Shown one piece after another: positions 30,021-38,576 of a stretch of DNA of 64,000 nt. Every line of letters starts with the position of its first letter. Positions within the stretch are counted from its first letter, which is position 1. The DNA lies in the NCBI GenBank assembly GCA_963725885.1, contig CAVSAH010000003.1, forward strand, positions 129,697 through 193,696, written 5' to 3'. Origin of the DNA: an uncultured Chloroflexia bacterium. Lineage in GTDB: Bacteria; Chloroflexota; Limnocylindria; QHBO01. Under the pieces are notes generated by a model. It ran no database searches. It was given only the letters and a program-made list of their open reading frames with translations, and was not told the DNA's origin. The position numbers and the translations under genes are program-made.

Positions 30021-30584
30021 TCAGCCGCGGACGGGTCGGAAGCCGCCGTCCGCGGCGCGCGCCATGACGAAGAGCAGATCGGCGAGCCGGTTGAGGTAGG
30101 CCAGGACCTGCGAGTCGGGCAAGCCGCCGTCGTCGGCAAGTGCGACGGCACGGCGCTCGGCGCGACGGATGATCGTCCGAGCCAGGTCGAGCGCGGCTCC
30201 CGTCGGCGTCTCGCCGGGTATCACGAACTCCTTCGGCTGCTCGACGAGAGTCTCGAGCTCGTCGATGTCTGCCTCGAGCGCCGCCACCATCTCGGCGGTG
30301 ACGAGCGTGGAGCCGACCGCCAGCCGTTCGCGGCGCTCGACGTGGGTCGCGAGCTCCGCTCCCACGACGAACAGCTCGCGCTGGAGGCGCAGGATCAGGG
30401 TGGCGAGACGCGCCTCGACCCGGTCGGTCTGGCTGCCGATGGCGGCACGGGCTAGCCCGAGGGCGGCCACGGCTTCATCGGTGGTGCCGTAGGCCTCCGT
30501 CCGCGGATCGGCCTTGCTGACGCGGTCGCCGCCGTACAGGAGGCCCGTCGTCCCCGTGTCGCCCTTGCGGGTGTAGATGCGCAT
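30021..30584 (-). CDS. Cob(I)yrinic acid a,c-diamide / cob(I)alamin adenosyltransferase, PduO type
   Basis: MRIYTRKGDTGTTGLLYGGDRVSKADPRTEAYGTTDE. 187 aa. Confidence 0.85.
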   Translation of the reverse strand: MRIYTRKGDTGTTGLLYGGDRVSKADPRTEAYGTTDEAVAALGLARAAIGSQTDRVEARLATLILRLQRELFVVGAELATHVERRERLAVGSTLVTAEMVAALEADIDELETLVEQPKEFVIPGETPTGAALDLARTIIRRAERRAVALADDGGLPDSQVLAYLNRLADLLFVMARAADGGFRPVRG

Positions 30585-30636
30585 GCGCCGGCAATGGTAT
30601 CCCGCGTTGGGTCCGTGCGACGCGCCGCGCCGTGGC

Positions 30637-30927
30637 TCAGAAGAGGCCGGGAGGCGGCTCCCAGCGCTCGGCCAGCAGGGTGACCTTGACGGGCGGGCCG
30701 ACGACTGCCTCGGCCTTCGTCTTGACGTCCGAGATCAGCTCTCCCGCCCACGGGCAGAAGGGCGTGGTCAGCACCATCTTGATCTCGGTTGGCGTCTCGC
30801 CCGAACCGATCTCGACCGCCTTGATCAGGTCGAGGTCGACGATGCTCATCCCGATCTCCGGATCGAAGATGTCATAGAGCGCGGTCATCACCTCGTCCAC
30901 CTTGGCGAGGTTGGAATCGATTGCCAT
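30637..30927 (-). CDS. DUF59 (MIP18/SufT-like) metal-sulfur cluster assembly factor
   Basis: 96 aa from ATG 30927. Motifs: VMTALYDIFDPEIGMSIVDLDLI and TTPFCPW. Confidence 0.75.
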   Translation of the reverse strand: MAIDSNLAKVDEVMTALYDIFDPEIGMSIVDLDLIKAVEIGSGETPTEIKMVLTTPFCPWAGELISDVKTKAEAVVGPPVKVTLLAERWEPPPGLF

Positions 30928-30958
30928 CGCAACCAAGTGTACCCCCGAACGCGGAGCG

Positions 30959-31684
30959 CTACAGCAACGCCGAGTCGAAGACAGGATGCGGGGCCGGAAC
31001 CAGTGGTCGAACCCGCTGATAGCCCTCGTAGATCGGGTCCCCCGCGTCGATCGCCGCGCGCAGGGCGGCGATGGCCTCGACGGTGTCGGCCTGGCTGGCA
31101 TGCGACTCGAGCGCGGCCAGCTTGCGCTCGGCAACCGCGGTGATGTCGACCCGGTGGGTGGCGGCCTGCTCCTCTGGGGAGAGGTCGTACAGCGGGCTGC
31201 CGGGGTTGAAGATCGGGACGATGACGTAGACCGCGTTCGGTGAGATTCCGGACTCGGCGAGCTTCTCCACGGCCCAGCGTGTGGCGCTGCCCACCGCGAC
31301 GTGATCGGGGTGGCCGGTGATGCCATGCGGACCGAAGGTGATGACCGCCTGAGGACGGCGCTCGGCCAGCCAGGTGGCGATCTCGTCGACGAGTCGGGAG
31401 AACGACTCACCGGCGACTCCGCCGTCGGGGTAGCCATCGAGGATCGAGACCTCGTCGAGGCCGAGCGTTCGCGCCGCGCCGATCAGCTCCGCCTCGCGCA
31501 CCCCTCCGAAGTCGGGGTCCGGCACCCCGTCGGGGGTGCCAGCCTCGCCTCGGGTCGCGACCAGGAGTCGCGTCGTGCGCCCCGCGTCGTGCGCCAGGGC
31601 GAACGCACCGGCGCAGGCGAAGCTCTCGTCGTCGGGATGTGCCAGAACGGCGGCCAGGCCGCCCGGTTCGATCGTGGGACTCAC
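30959..31684 (-). CDS. PIG-L / LmbE-family N-acetylglucosaminyl deacetylase
   Basis: 241 aa from GTG 31684. Motifs: VLAHPDDESF, REAELIGAARTLG, GITGHPDH. Confidence 0.75.
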   Translation of the reverse strand: MSPTIEPGGLAAVLAHPDDESFACAGAFALAHDAGRTTRLLVATRGEAGTPDGVPDPDFGGVREAELIGAARTLGLDEVSILDGYPDGGVAGESFSRLVDEIATWLAERRPQAVITFGPHGITGHPDHVAVGSATRWAVEKLAESGISPNAVYVIVPIFNPGSPLYDLSPEEQAATHRVDITAVAERKLAALESHASQADTVEAIAALRAAIDAGDPIYEGYQRVRPLVPAPHPVFDSALL

Positions 31685-32064
31685 CGGTTCTCCTCGGTCA
31701 GGGTCGCGTCCTCGGTCACGTCGTCGTCGGCCAATCGAATCCATCCCTGGCGTTCGACGGCGGTCCTCATCGTACGCAGGACGGCCAGCTTTGCGCCGGC
31801 GACCTCGGCGATGAAGCGACGCGTGCCCTCGGCGTCGAGCTCGGAGCCCGGCGGCGCGCTGTCCCGCCCCACGTTGAGCCAGGCCAGGTGGTATCGGTCC
31901 ATCCGGCCCCACACCGACTCGAGCAGCTGATCCGAGCGCAGGATCCACGCGCGGAAGCGCTCCCAGTCTGGCTCCTGCGAGAGCAGGGCGCCATCGGCGA
32001 TGAGCTCGTCGGTGACCGCCAGGAACGCCGTTCGCGTCATCACCGGCGCGGGGCGCGTCGACAT
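31681..32064 (-). CDS. Hypothetical protein
   Basis: The ORF 31681..32124 has a stop that overlaps the deacetylase start as GTGA. The start is uncertain (32124, 32064 or 32040). No motif recognised. Confidence 0.35.
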   Translation of the reverse strand: MSTRPAPVMTRTAFLAVTDELIADGALLSQEPDWERFRAWILRSDQLLESVWGRMDRYHLAWLNVGRDSAPPGSELDAEGTRRFIAEVAGAKLAVLRTMRTAVERQGWIRLADDDVTEDATLTEENR

Positions 32065-32133
32065 GGGCCGAGTATGGCAGCCGGCGTCGTTCGTACCATT
32101 GGCCCGCTCCGCTTCCGGCCACACACTTTCGCC

Positions 32134-33801
32134 ATGGAACGAGCCGGCGCGCCGCGCCTCGCGTGGGGCGTCGTCGGGCTGCTGCCCGGCGCCGTGCTTC
32201 TCGCCGTGGTCGCGCTCCTCGCGGCATCGACCCCGCTTGACGCCTCAGATGCGGGTCTTGCCTGGGTCGAGCCGGCCCTGGCAACCGTGCTCCTCGTCGC
32301 TGCCACGCTGGCCGCCCTCGCGCGACTGGTTGAGGGCCTGCGAACCCGACGCGTCCGTCAGCTCCTCGAGGCCGGGGCATGGGCTTCGCTCGCCGGATCG
32401 GCTGTGGGCGTCCTCGCGGGCGCTCCATCGATCGCGGTCCCGGTGGCGGGTGCTGCCGGAATGCTCGCCGCCGCGGCGCTGACCCGCGACGCGGTCGTGA
32501 TCCGCGATACCGCCACGACCCGCCTGGCCGCCGTCGCCGTCCTGGTGCTGGCCGAGTCCCTCGTCCTGATCGTCCTCGTCCCGGCGGCCTCCGCGTGGCT
32601 CGCTCCCTACGCGACCTGGGTGCTCGTCGCCGCTCTCGTTCTGACCGCGGTCACCGTCGTCGCCGATCCGGCGCACAGGGGACCGAGTGCGGCGTTGCTC
32701 GGGGCCGGGGCTGCGGGGCTGCTGGCGGACCGCAACGGATCGGCCGAGGGTCTCATCGGCCTCGGGGCGCTCGGCCTCGCGGCGCTCGTCTCCCTGATCC
32801 CGCGCCCGGCCGTTGCGGCCGTTGCGGAGCCCACCGAGGAACCCGACGACGAGCGGCTGCCGGACCTGGCGGCCCAGCTCCCCGAGGCCGTCCTCCGCTT
32901 CGACGGCGGCCTTGCCTTGCGCGAGTGGAACGGCGCGGCAGCCACGCTGCTCGGGCTCGACGCGGGCTCGGTCGGGCTGCGAGCCGAGGACCTGCTGGGG
33001 ATGAGCGTCGCCGACCTGCGGGTGGGCGACACGGCGACCGTCATGCGCGGCGCGGTCGGCGGCCTGGACATCGTGCTGCACCGCAGCGGCGGGGGCATCA
33101 CCGCGGTCGTCCGCGATCCCGGCGCGCGGCCGGAGGCCGACCGCATCGGCCAGGAGCTGCGGGCCACCATCGAGGAGCTCCTTCGCGCGCGGCGCACGAT
33201 CGACCTCCAGCGCGGGGAGCTCGAGCGGTCCGCCACGGTCGACGCCCTGACGGGCGTCTCGACGCGGGGAGCGATCCTCGAGCGACTGCGGCTGGAGGTC
33301 GCGCAGGCACGACGCTACCGCCACTCGCTGGCGATCGCGCTCCTCGACATCGACGGCTTCACCGAGATCAACCGCCTGCACGGCCACGCTGCCGGCGACG
33401 CCGTGCTCCGCGAGGTCGCGCTTCGGTTCCGCCTGCGAACCCGCCAGGCCGACGCCCTCGGTCGCGTCGGCGGCGACGAGCTGCTGGCAATCCTCCCCCA
33501 CACCGACGCCGCCGGCGCGGCCACGTTCGCGGATGCCCTGCGCCATCGGCTGGCGATGCGAAGCGTCGAGGCCGGCGAGGTGCACCTGTCGGTCACGGTC
33601 AGCATCGGTATCAGCGCCATGCCGAGCGGCGAGGATCTCGAGCTCGACGGACTCCTGGCGCGCGGGCAGGAAGCTCTCGACAGCGCGCGCGCCGCGGGGG
33701 GCAACCGGATCGCGCTCGACCGGCTTCACGGCCTGGCCCGGCTCGAGGACCCCCATGAGCGAGGGGTGGCTGACGCCGGAGACGGTGCCGACGCCGTATG
33801 A
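32134..33801 (+). CDS. Membrane-bound diguanylate cyclase (multi-TM N-terminus, PAS-like region, GGDEF domain)
   Basis: 555 aa from ATG 32134. About 8 hydrophobic segments. DALTGVSTRGA. RQAD (I-site RxxD) lies 5 residues before the GGDEL variant of GGDEF. Confidence 0.8.
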   Translation: MERAGAPRLAWGVVGLLPGAVLLAVVALLAASTPLDASDAGLAWVEPALATVLLVAATLAALARLVEGLRTRRVRQLLEAGAWASLAGSAVGVLAGAPSIAVPVAGAAGMLAAAALTRDAVVIRDTATTRLAAVAVLVLAESLVLIVLVPAASAWLAPYATWVLVAALVLTAVTVVADPAHRGPSAALLGAGAAGLLADRNGSAEGLIGLGALGLAALVSLIPRPAVAAVAEPTEEPDDERLPDLAAQLPEAVLRFDGGLALREWNGAAATLLGLDAGSVGLRAEDLLGMSVADLRVGDTATVMRGAVGGLDIVLHRSGGGITAVVRDPGARPEADRIGQELRATIEELLRARRTIDLQRGELERSATVDALTGVSTRGAILERLRLEVAQARRYRHSLAIALLDIDGFTEINRLHGHAAGDAVLREVALRFRLRTRQADALGRVGGDELLAILPHTDAAGAATFADALRHRLAMRSVEAGEVHLSVTVSIGISAMPSGEDLELDGLLARGQEALDSARAAGGNRIALDRLHGLARLEDPHERGVADAGDGADAV

Positions 33802-33894
33802 CGCGAAGCTGGTCTTCCGGAGGCCCAGCACGCGCCTGAAAGGGCCGATCACGCACGGAACTGGCCGACCTCAGGCCGGCAGGCGGCAGGCGCG

Positions 33895-33941
33895 TTATCC
33901 ACCGATGTCATACAATCGTGTGGACAGAATCCGGGGATAAC
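33895..33941. promoter_or_regulatory. DnaA-box-like inverted pair flanking a TACAAT -10 element upstream of thyX
   Basis: TTATCCACC (33895-33903), TACAAT (33911-33916), TGTGGACAG (33919-33927, complement CTGTCCACA), and a weaker GGGGATAAC (33933-33941). Confidence 0.3.
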
Positions 33942-33983
33942 CCACTACCCTTGCCGGCCCGGGGCTGGCACCGTGAGGCTCAC

Positions 33984-34925
33984 ATGCCGTCGACGTCTCC
34001 CGCCCTCTCCGCCAAGCTCATCTTCCCGACCCGGGAGATCGTCGAGGAGTACTACCTCCCGATCATCTACACCGCCTGCCGGACGTGCTACTCCGAGCAG
34101 CTTCCCGACCAGATCTGGGACAAGGCGGTGAGCCGCCAGGTGGCGGATGACAAGCAGCAGGGCCTCGTCCGCAAGGTGATGGAGTCCGGACACGGCTCGA
34201 CCATCGAGCACGTCAACTTCACGTTCGCCATCAGCGGCGTGACGCGAGCGCTCAGCCACCAGCTGGTGCGTCATCGGGCGGGAACCGCGTTCGATCAGCA
34301 GTCGCAGCGCTACGTCAGCTTCAAGCAGCGCGACAACTACACCGTTCCCGACTCGATCGCCAACGGCGACCTGCCCGACGATCTCGCCGGCCAGTTCCAG
34401 CGCGCGATCGACGACAACCTCGACCTCTACGGCCAGCTGCTCCAGGCCGAGGTGCCGGCCGAGGACGCACGGTTCATCTTCCCGAACGCGATGCAGACGA
34501 ACCTGATCATGACGGTCAACCTCCGCCAGCTGATCCACATGTCGGGCCTGCGCCTGTGCACCATGGCGCAGTGGGAGATCCGCCAGCTGTTCAAGCAGAT
34601 CCGTCACGAGATCTTCGCCGTCAGCCCCTTCTTCGGCAGCTTCCTCGTGCCCAAGTGCGTGCCGCTCGGCTACTGCGACGAGATGGGCAACCGCGACGAG
34701 CACTGCCGCATCAAGCCGCACCGCGACACGGTGATGGCCGTGTGGGAGGCCTACCGCGGAGGCTCGCTTGAGGAAACCGATGGGCCGGTCGTGCCAGAGT
34801 CCAGCCCCTTCCGTCCCCGGACACGGCGCGTGCCCCTGCCGGTTGCCGACGGGGAGGTTCGTCCGCAGGTGACCGAGCCGATCGGCGCAGGGCTCGGACA
34901 GGCCGGAGGCTCCGACCGGGTCTGA
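33984..34925 (+). CDS. thyX: FAD-dependent thymidylate synthase
   Basis: ThyX motif RHRAGTAFDQQSQRY, plus SGHGSTIEHV and NLRQLIHMSGLR. It carries a Cys-rich segment (CVPLGYCDEMGNRDEHC) and a C-terminal extension of about 60 aa. Confidence 0.85.
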   Translation: MPSTSPALSAKLIFPTREIVEEYYLPIIYTACRTCYSEQLPDQIWDKAVSRQVADDKQQGLVRKVMESGHGSTIEHVNFTFAISGVTRALSHQLVRHRAGTAFDQQSQRYVSFKQRDNYTVPDSIANGDLPDDLAGQFQRAIDDNLDLYGQLLQAEVPAEDARFIFPNAMQTNLIMTVNLRQLIHMSGLRLCTMAQWEIRQLFKQIRHEIFAVSPFFGSFLVPKCVPLGYCDEMGNRDEHCRIKPHRDTVMAVWEAYRGGSLEETDGPVVPESSPFRPRTRRVPLPVADGEVRPQVTEPIGAGLGQAGGSDRV

Positions 34926-34961
34926 CCCGCGCTACCCTCACGCCATGGCGCGAGCACATCG

Positions 34962-36302
34962 TTGGTGAGGACGCGGTTCGCGCATCGCTGGGCGACGCTG
35001 AGGACCAGCTTCTGGTTCGTTCCGAGCCTGATGGTCATCGCCGCGACGCTGCTCGCCTCGGCCGCGCTGTGGGTCGACACCACCCTGGCAGGAGCCCCGC
35101 TTCCGCCGTGGGTCTATACCGGCGGCGCCGATGGCGCGCGCGCGCTGCTGTCGACCATCGCCGGCTCCATGGTGACGGTCGCCGGGGTCGGCTTCTCGAT
35201 CACCATCGTCGCTCTTGTGCTCGCCTCCACACAGTTCGGCCCGCGCCTCCTCGGTCTGTTCATGCGCGATGTGACCAGCCAGGCGACGCTCGGTATGTTC
35301 CTCGGGACCTTTACGTACTGCGTCCTCGTCCTGCGCACCATTCGCGGGCCGGACGAGGCCGGCGGGGCGTTCGTGCCGCAGGTGGCCATGACGATCGCCA
35401 TCGCTATCACCCTCATCAGCATCGCGGTGCTCGTGTACTTCTTCCACCACGTCGCAGTGACGATCCAGGCGCCGAGGCTGGTGGCCACGGTCGCACATGA
35501 TCTCGAGAATGCCATCGACCACCTCGTCTCGCCCGGCATCGGCCAAGCCGGGCCCGCCCCCGAAGCCGGTGCCATGCCCGACCCGATTCGCGATGGACAC
35601 GTGTCGGCAAGCTCGGATGGATATGTCCAGGTCGTTGACGACGCCGCGCTCTTCGCCGTGGCGGTGCGCCACGACCTGTGCGTGCGGATGCTGACCAGAC
35701 CGGGCCTCTTCGTCGTCTCGGCGAACCCGATCATGGCCGTTCGTCCCGAAACGGCCACCGCGGACGCCGACCTGTCGGAGTCGCTGCGCGACACCGTGAT
35801 CATCGGGCGCACCAGGACGGCGGAAGACGACCTCGAGTTCAGCGTGCGACAGCTCGTCGAGGTCGCGGTGCGGGCGCTCTCGCCCGCGATCAATGACCCG
35901 TTCACTGCCATGGCGGCCATCGATTGGCTGGGCGCAGCGCTCGCCCGGCTCACGGCAAGGGAGTGGCCACCGCGCTTCCGGTACGACGATGCCGGAACGC
36001 TCCGCGTGATCGCCGAAGTTCCGACATTCGGGGGCGTTGCGCACACGATCTTCAGCCGGATACGCCACTACGGCGGCACCAGCCCGATGGTCCTCAATCG
36101 CCTCCTCGAGGCGGTGGCGACCTTCGGCCCCCACGTCCGGAGCGACGCTGATCGCGAGATCGTGCGCGATGAGGTCGAGGCAGTCCTGCGCACCGGGCGC
36201 AGGCTCATCAGCAGCGAGGCCGACGTTCAAGAGCTCGAAAAGCGTCACGCGGCCGCGCTGGCCGGGCTGGGGATCGGCCACGCGGCGACGACTGGCGCCT
36301 AG
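34962..36302 (+). CDS. DUF2254-family membrane protein
   Basis: 446 aa. N-terminal TM region (FWFVPSLMVIAATLLASAALWV...) followed by a soluble domain. Family call is from memory. Confidence 0.6.
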   Translation: MVRTRFAHRWATLRTSFWFVPSLMVIAATLLASAALWVDTTLAGAPLPPWVYTGGADGARALLSTIAGSMVTVAGVGFSITIVALVLASTQFGPRLLGLFMRDVTSQATLGMFLGTFTYCVLVLRTIRGPDEAGGAFVPQVAMTIAIAITLISIAVLVYFFHHVAVTIQAPRLVATVAHDLENAIDHLVSPGIGQAGPAPEAGAMPDPIRDGHVSASSDGYVQVVDDAALFAVAVRHDLCVRMLTRPGLFVVSANPIMAVRPETATADADLSESLRDTVIIGRTRTAEDDLEFSVRQLVEVAVRALSPAINDPFTAMAAIDWLGAALARLTAREWPPRFRYDDAGTLRVIAEVPTFGGVAHTIFSRIRHYGGTSPMVLNRLLEAVATFGPHVRSDADREIVRDEVEAVLRTGRRLISSEADVQELEKRHAAALAGLGIGHAATTGA

Positions 36303-36733
36303 TTGTCAGCCGAGACGCCGTCGCCCAGCGTGAAGCGGCGAAGCTCGTCGGAGCAGGCATCCGCGAGGCGCTGCGCCTCCGACACCAGGAACGAGTTCAT
36401 CTTCGTCGAATCGGTGATGAGCAGGGTGTGACCGCGCTCGTTGCGGTCGAGCACGATGCGGTCGTCGCCATGGAAGCTGATGCCCCAGTTGGCCTGGAGC
36501 TGAACAATCTCGGCGAGCACGACCTTCTCGCTGAACGACCAGTCGAGGAACGCGGCGTTGAGCGCGGCAACGAAGTCGCGCAGCTGATGCGTCCGGTTGC
36601 GGTGGAGCCGCGACACGAAGTGGACGATCCGCAGCGCGGAGAACGGATCGCCGCTGCGGGCGATCTGCGGCGGCACGAGGTTCGGGTCGGGCATCCCGTC
36701 CGGGGCCGGACCGACGAGGGAGCTCTCATCCAT
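36299..36733 (-). CDS. Hypothetical protein (last gene of the FAH-DinB-CsaA operon)
   Basis: 144-aa ORF. Its start overlaps the stop of the tRNA-binding gene by 1 nt (TGATG). No motif recognised. Confidence 0.4.
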   Translation of the reverse strand: MDESSLVGPAPDGMPDPNLVPPQIARSGDPFSALRIVHFVSRLHRNRTHQLRDFVAALNAAFLDWSFSEKVVLAEIVQLQANWGISFHGDDRIVLDRNERGHTLLITDSTKMNSFLVSEAQRLADACSDELRRFTLGDGVSADN

Positions 36734-37068
36734 CAGCCGATGCGGAGCCCTTCCGCGCAGGCCGGATCCGGCGCGAGCAGGTGGACCTCCCCATCGCCGC
36801 CCATGGCTCCGAGCACGAGGACCTCGCTCGCGAAGCCGGCGATCCGCCGGGGCGGGAAGTTGAGGACGGCCACGACCTGTCGCCCGACGAGCGCGGCGGG
36901 ATCCGGATAGGTCACCGTCAACTGGGCTGAGCTGACACGCTCCCCGATCTCGGGACCGAAGTCGACGCGGAGCCGATAAGACGGTTTGCGTGCCTCCGGG
37001 AACGGTTCGGCCGAGAGGACGCGTCCCACCCGCATCTCCACGCGCTCGAAGTCGGCGAGCTCGATCAT
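36733..37068 (-). CDS. tRNA-binding (CsaA / EMAP-type OB-fold) protein
   Basis: 111 aa from ATG 37068. Motifs: FERVEMRVGRVLSAEPFPEARKPSYRLRVDFG and VVAVLNFPPRRIAGFASEVLVLG. Confidence 0.75.
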   Translation of the reverse strand: MIELADFERVEMRVGRVLSAEPFPEARKPSYRLRVDFGPEIGERVSSAQLTVTYPDPAALVGRQVVAVLNFPPRRIAGFASEVLVLGAMGGDGEVHLLAPDPACAEGLRIG

Positions 37069-37556
37069 GCGTCCGGGATGGCGTCGAGCTGGTCGGCGTG
37101 CTCCTCGAGGTGGGCCACGATGAAGCGCTCGATGATGTCGTCGAGCGTCATCGGGCCGCGGATGGGATGCAGGCCCCGGCGAGTCCACGCGTCGTCGGGC
37201 CAGGACCGCAGGGTGTCGCTGACCTCGACGAGGGAGTCGCGGACGCGCGCCAGGAGCGCTCTGGGATCGGTGTGCCGGTCGCGCTCGATCGCCGCGAGGC
37301 GGTCCGGATCGGTCTTGGTCCGTCCGAAGGGAACGGGGTCGTCGGGCGTCTCGGCCGTGACGATCCGCGCGGCCTGCGCGAGCCAGTAGTCGGGGAACTC
37401 GGCCACGTGCGCCCAGACCTGGCCCGCCTCCCACCGCTCGGCCTCGCCCGGGTCGGGATCCGAGAGGCCGGCTGGCAGCGGCCGGGCGGCGTGGTCGGTG
37501 TAGCGGCGCTCGACGAGCGTCATGCGCTCGATGAGCTCGTCGACCTCGGCCGTCAT
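37065..37556 (-). CDS. DinB-family (four-helix-bundle) protein
   Basis: 163 aa. The pattern is DinB/MDMPI-like (WEAGQVWAHVAEF...IVAHLEEHADQL). It overlaps both neighbours as ATGA. Confidence 0.55.
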   Translation of the reverse strand: MTAEVDELIERMTLVERRYTDHAARPLPAGLSDPDPGEAERWEAGQVWAHVAEFPDYWLAQAARIVTAETPDDPVPFGRTKTDPDRLAAIERDRHTDPRALLARVRDSLVEVSDTLRSWPDDAWTRRGLHPIRGPMTLDDIIERFIVAHLEEHADQLDAIPDA

Positions 37557-38542
37557 GCCGGGCGCTCCACGACCGGTGCGGTGAGGGACCCGAGGCGCTC
37601 GATGGCAAGCGTCACGTCATCGCCGGGCTCGAGGTAGCGGCCCAGCGTCTCGTCGCGGACCTCGAGGAGGCACCCCGTTCCGACCGTCCCCGAGCCGATG
37701 AGGTCGCCGGGCCGCAGTCGCACGTCGGCGCTGGCCCGCTCGACCATCTGGCCGAAGCTGTAGTGCGCGCTCGACCACGTCCCGCGGGAGGTTTCCGTGC
37801 CGTTGACGGTGGCGGTCATCGCCAGATCGTACCCGCTGCCGTTGCGGACGTCGGCGAGCTCGTCGGGCGTCACCAGCCACGGTCCGATCGAGGTCGCGAA
37901 GTCCTTTCCCTTGGCCGGCCCGAGGCGGACGGTCGACTCGTCGCGCTGCAGGTCACGCGCGCTCCAGTCGTTGATGATGAGGTAGCCGCCGATTGCCTCC
38001 TCGCCGCGCGCGGCGTCGAGGTCGCGGACCGGCGTGTCCACGAGCGCGCCGACCTCGAGCTCGTAGTCGAGCTCGCTGCTTCCCCGCGGCGCCCATACCG
38101 GGTCGCCCGGCCCACGGATCTCGGAGACGTTGCTGAAGTAGAAGATCGCGAGGCGGTACCAGGCCTCGGGAATCTCCATGTCGCGGCGCTTCCACATCGT
38201 GCCGACGTGGCGCTCGAAGGCGTAGAAGTCGCGGAAGCTCGGCGGCAGCAGGATCGGCGGGCCGAAGTCGAGGTCGGCGGACTCCAGCGGCTCGTCCGGT
38301 TGAGCTTCGAGCAGGTCACCCAGTGCGTCGACACGCATTCCAGCCGCAAGATGGTCGTCGAGCGTTGTCACCGGCCGACGGAACAGCGCGGAGTTGTGGG
38401 CGCGATCGGGCTGCGCCGCGACGACCGAGCGTCGCGCTTCCTCGAGGTCCAGCCAGCTGGTGGCGTCTGCGTCGAGCGCCGCGGCGAGGCGCCAGGGGCT
38501 GCCGGCGGGGGCGGATCGGGCACGGACGTGGGCGATCTTCAT
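37553..38542 (-). CDS. Fumarylacetoacetate hydrolase (FAH) family protein
   Basis: 329 aa. Motifs: YELEVGALV, INDWSARDLQ, GPAKGKDFATSIGPWLVT, GDLIGSGTVGTG. Confidence 0.8.
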   Translation of the reverse strand: MKIAHVRARSAPAGSPWRLAAALDADATSWLDLEEARRSVVAAQPDRAHNSALFRRPVTTLDDHLAAGMRVDALGDLLEAQPDEPLESADLDFGPPILLPPSFRDFYAFERHVGTMWKRRDMEIPEAWYRLAIFYFSNVSEIRGPGDPVWAPRGSSELDYELEVGALVDTPVRDLDAARGEEAIGGYLIINDWSARDLQRDESTVRLGPAKGKDFATSIGPWLVTPDELADVRNGSGYDLAMTATVNGTETSRGTWSSAHYSFGQMVERASADVRLRPGDLIGSGTVGTGCLLEVRDETLGRYLEPGDDVTLAIERLGSLTAPVVERPA

Positions 38543-38576
38543 CGGTCACGAGTCTACGGGGTATCGTGCGCAGACC

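Noticed and set aside
33895-33941. Whether the DnaA-box-like cluster could be a replication origin.
   Set aside because: There are only two good boxes plus one weak one. There is no AT-rich unwinding element and no dnaA, dnaN, parAB or gidAB context. The position directly upstream of thyX fits a regulatory site better.
36299-36302. Convergent gene pairs whose stop codons overlap in the palindrome CTAG (36299-36302 and 49822-49825).
   Set aside because: TAG read on both strands automatically produces CTAG. Two occurrences are not enough to claim a functional element.
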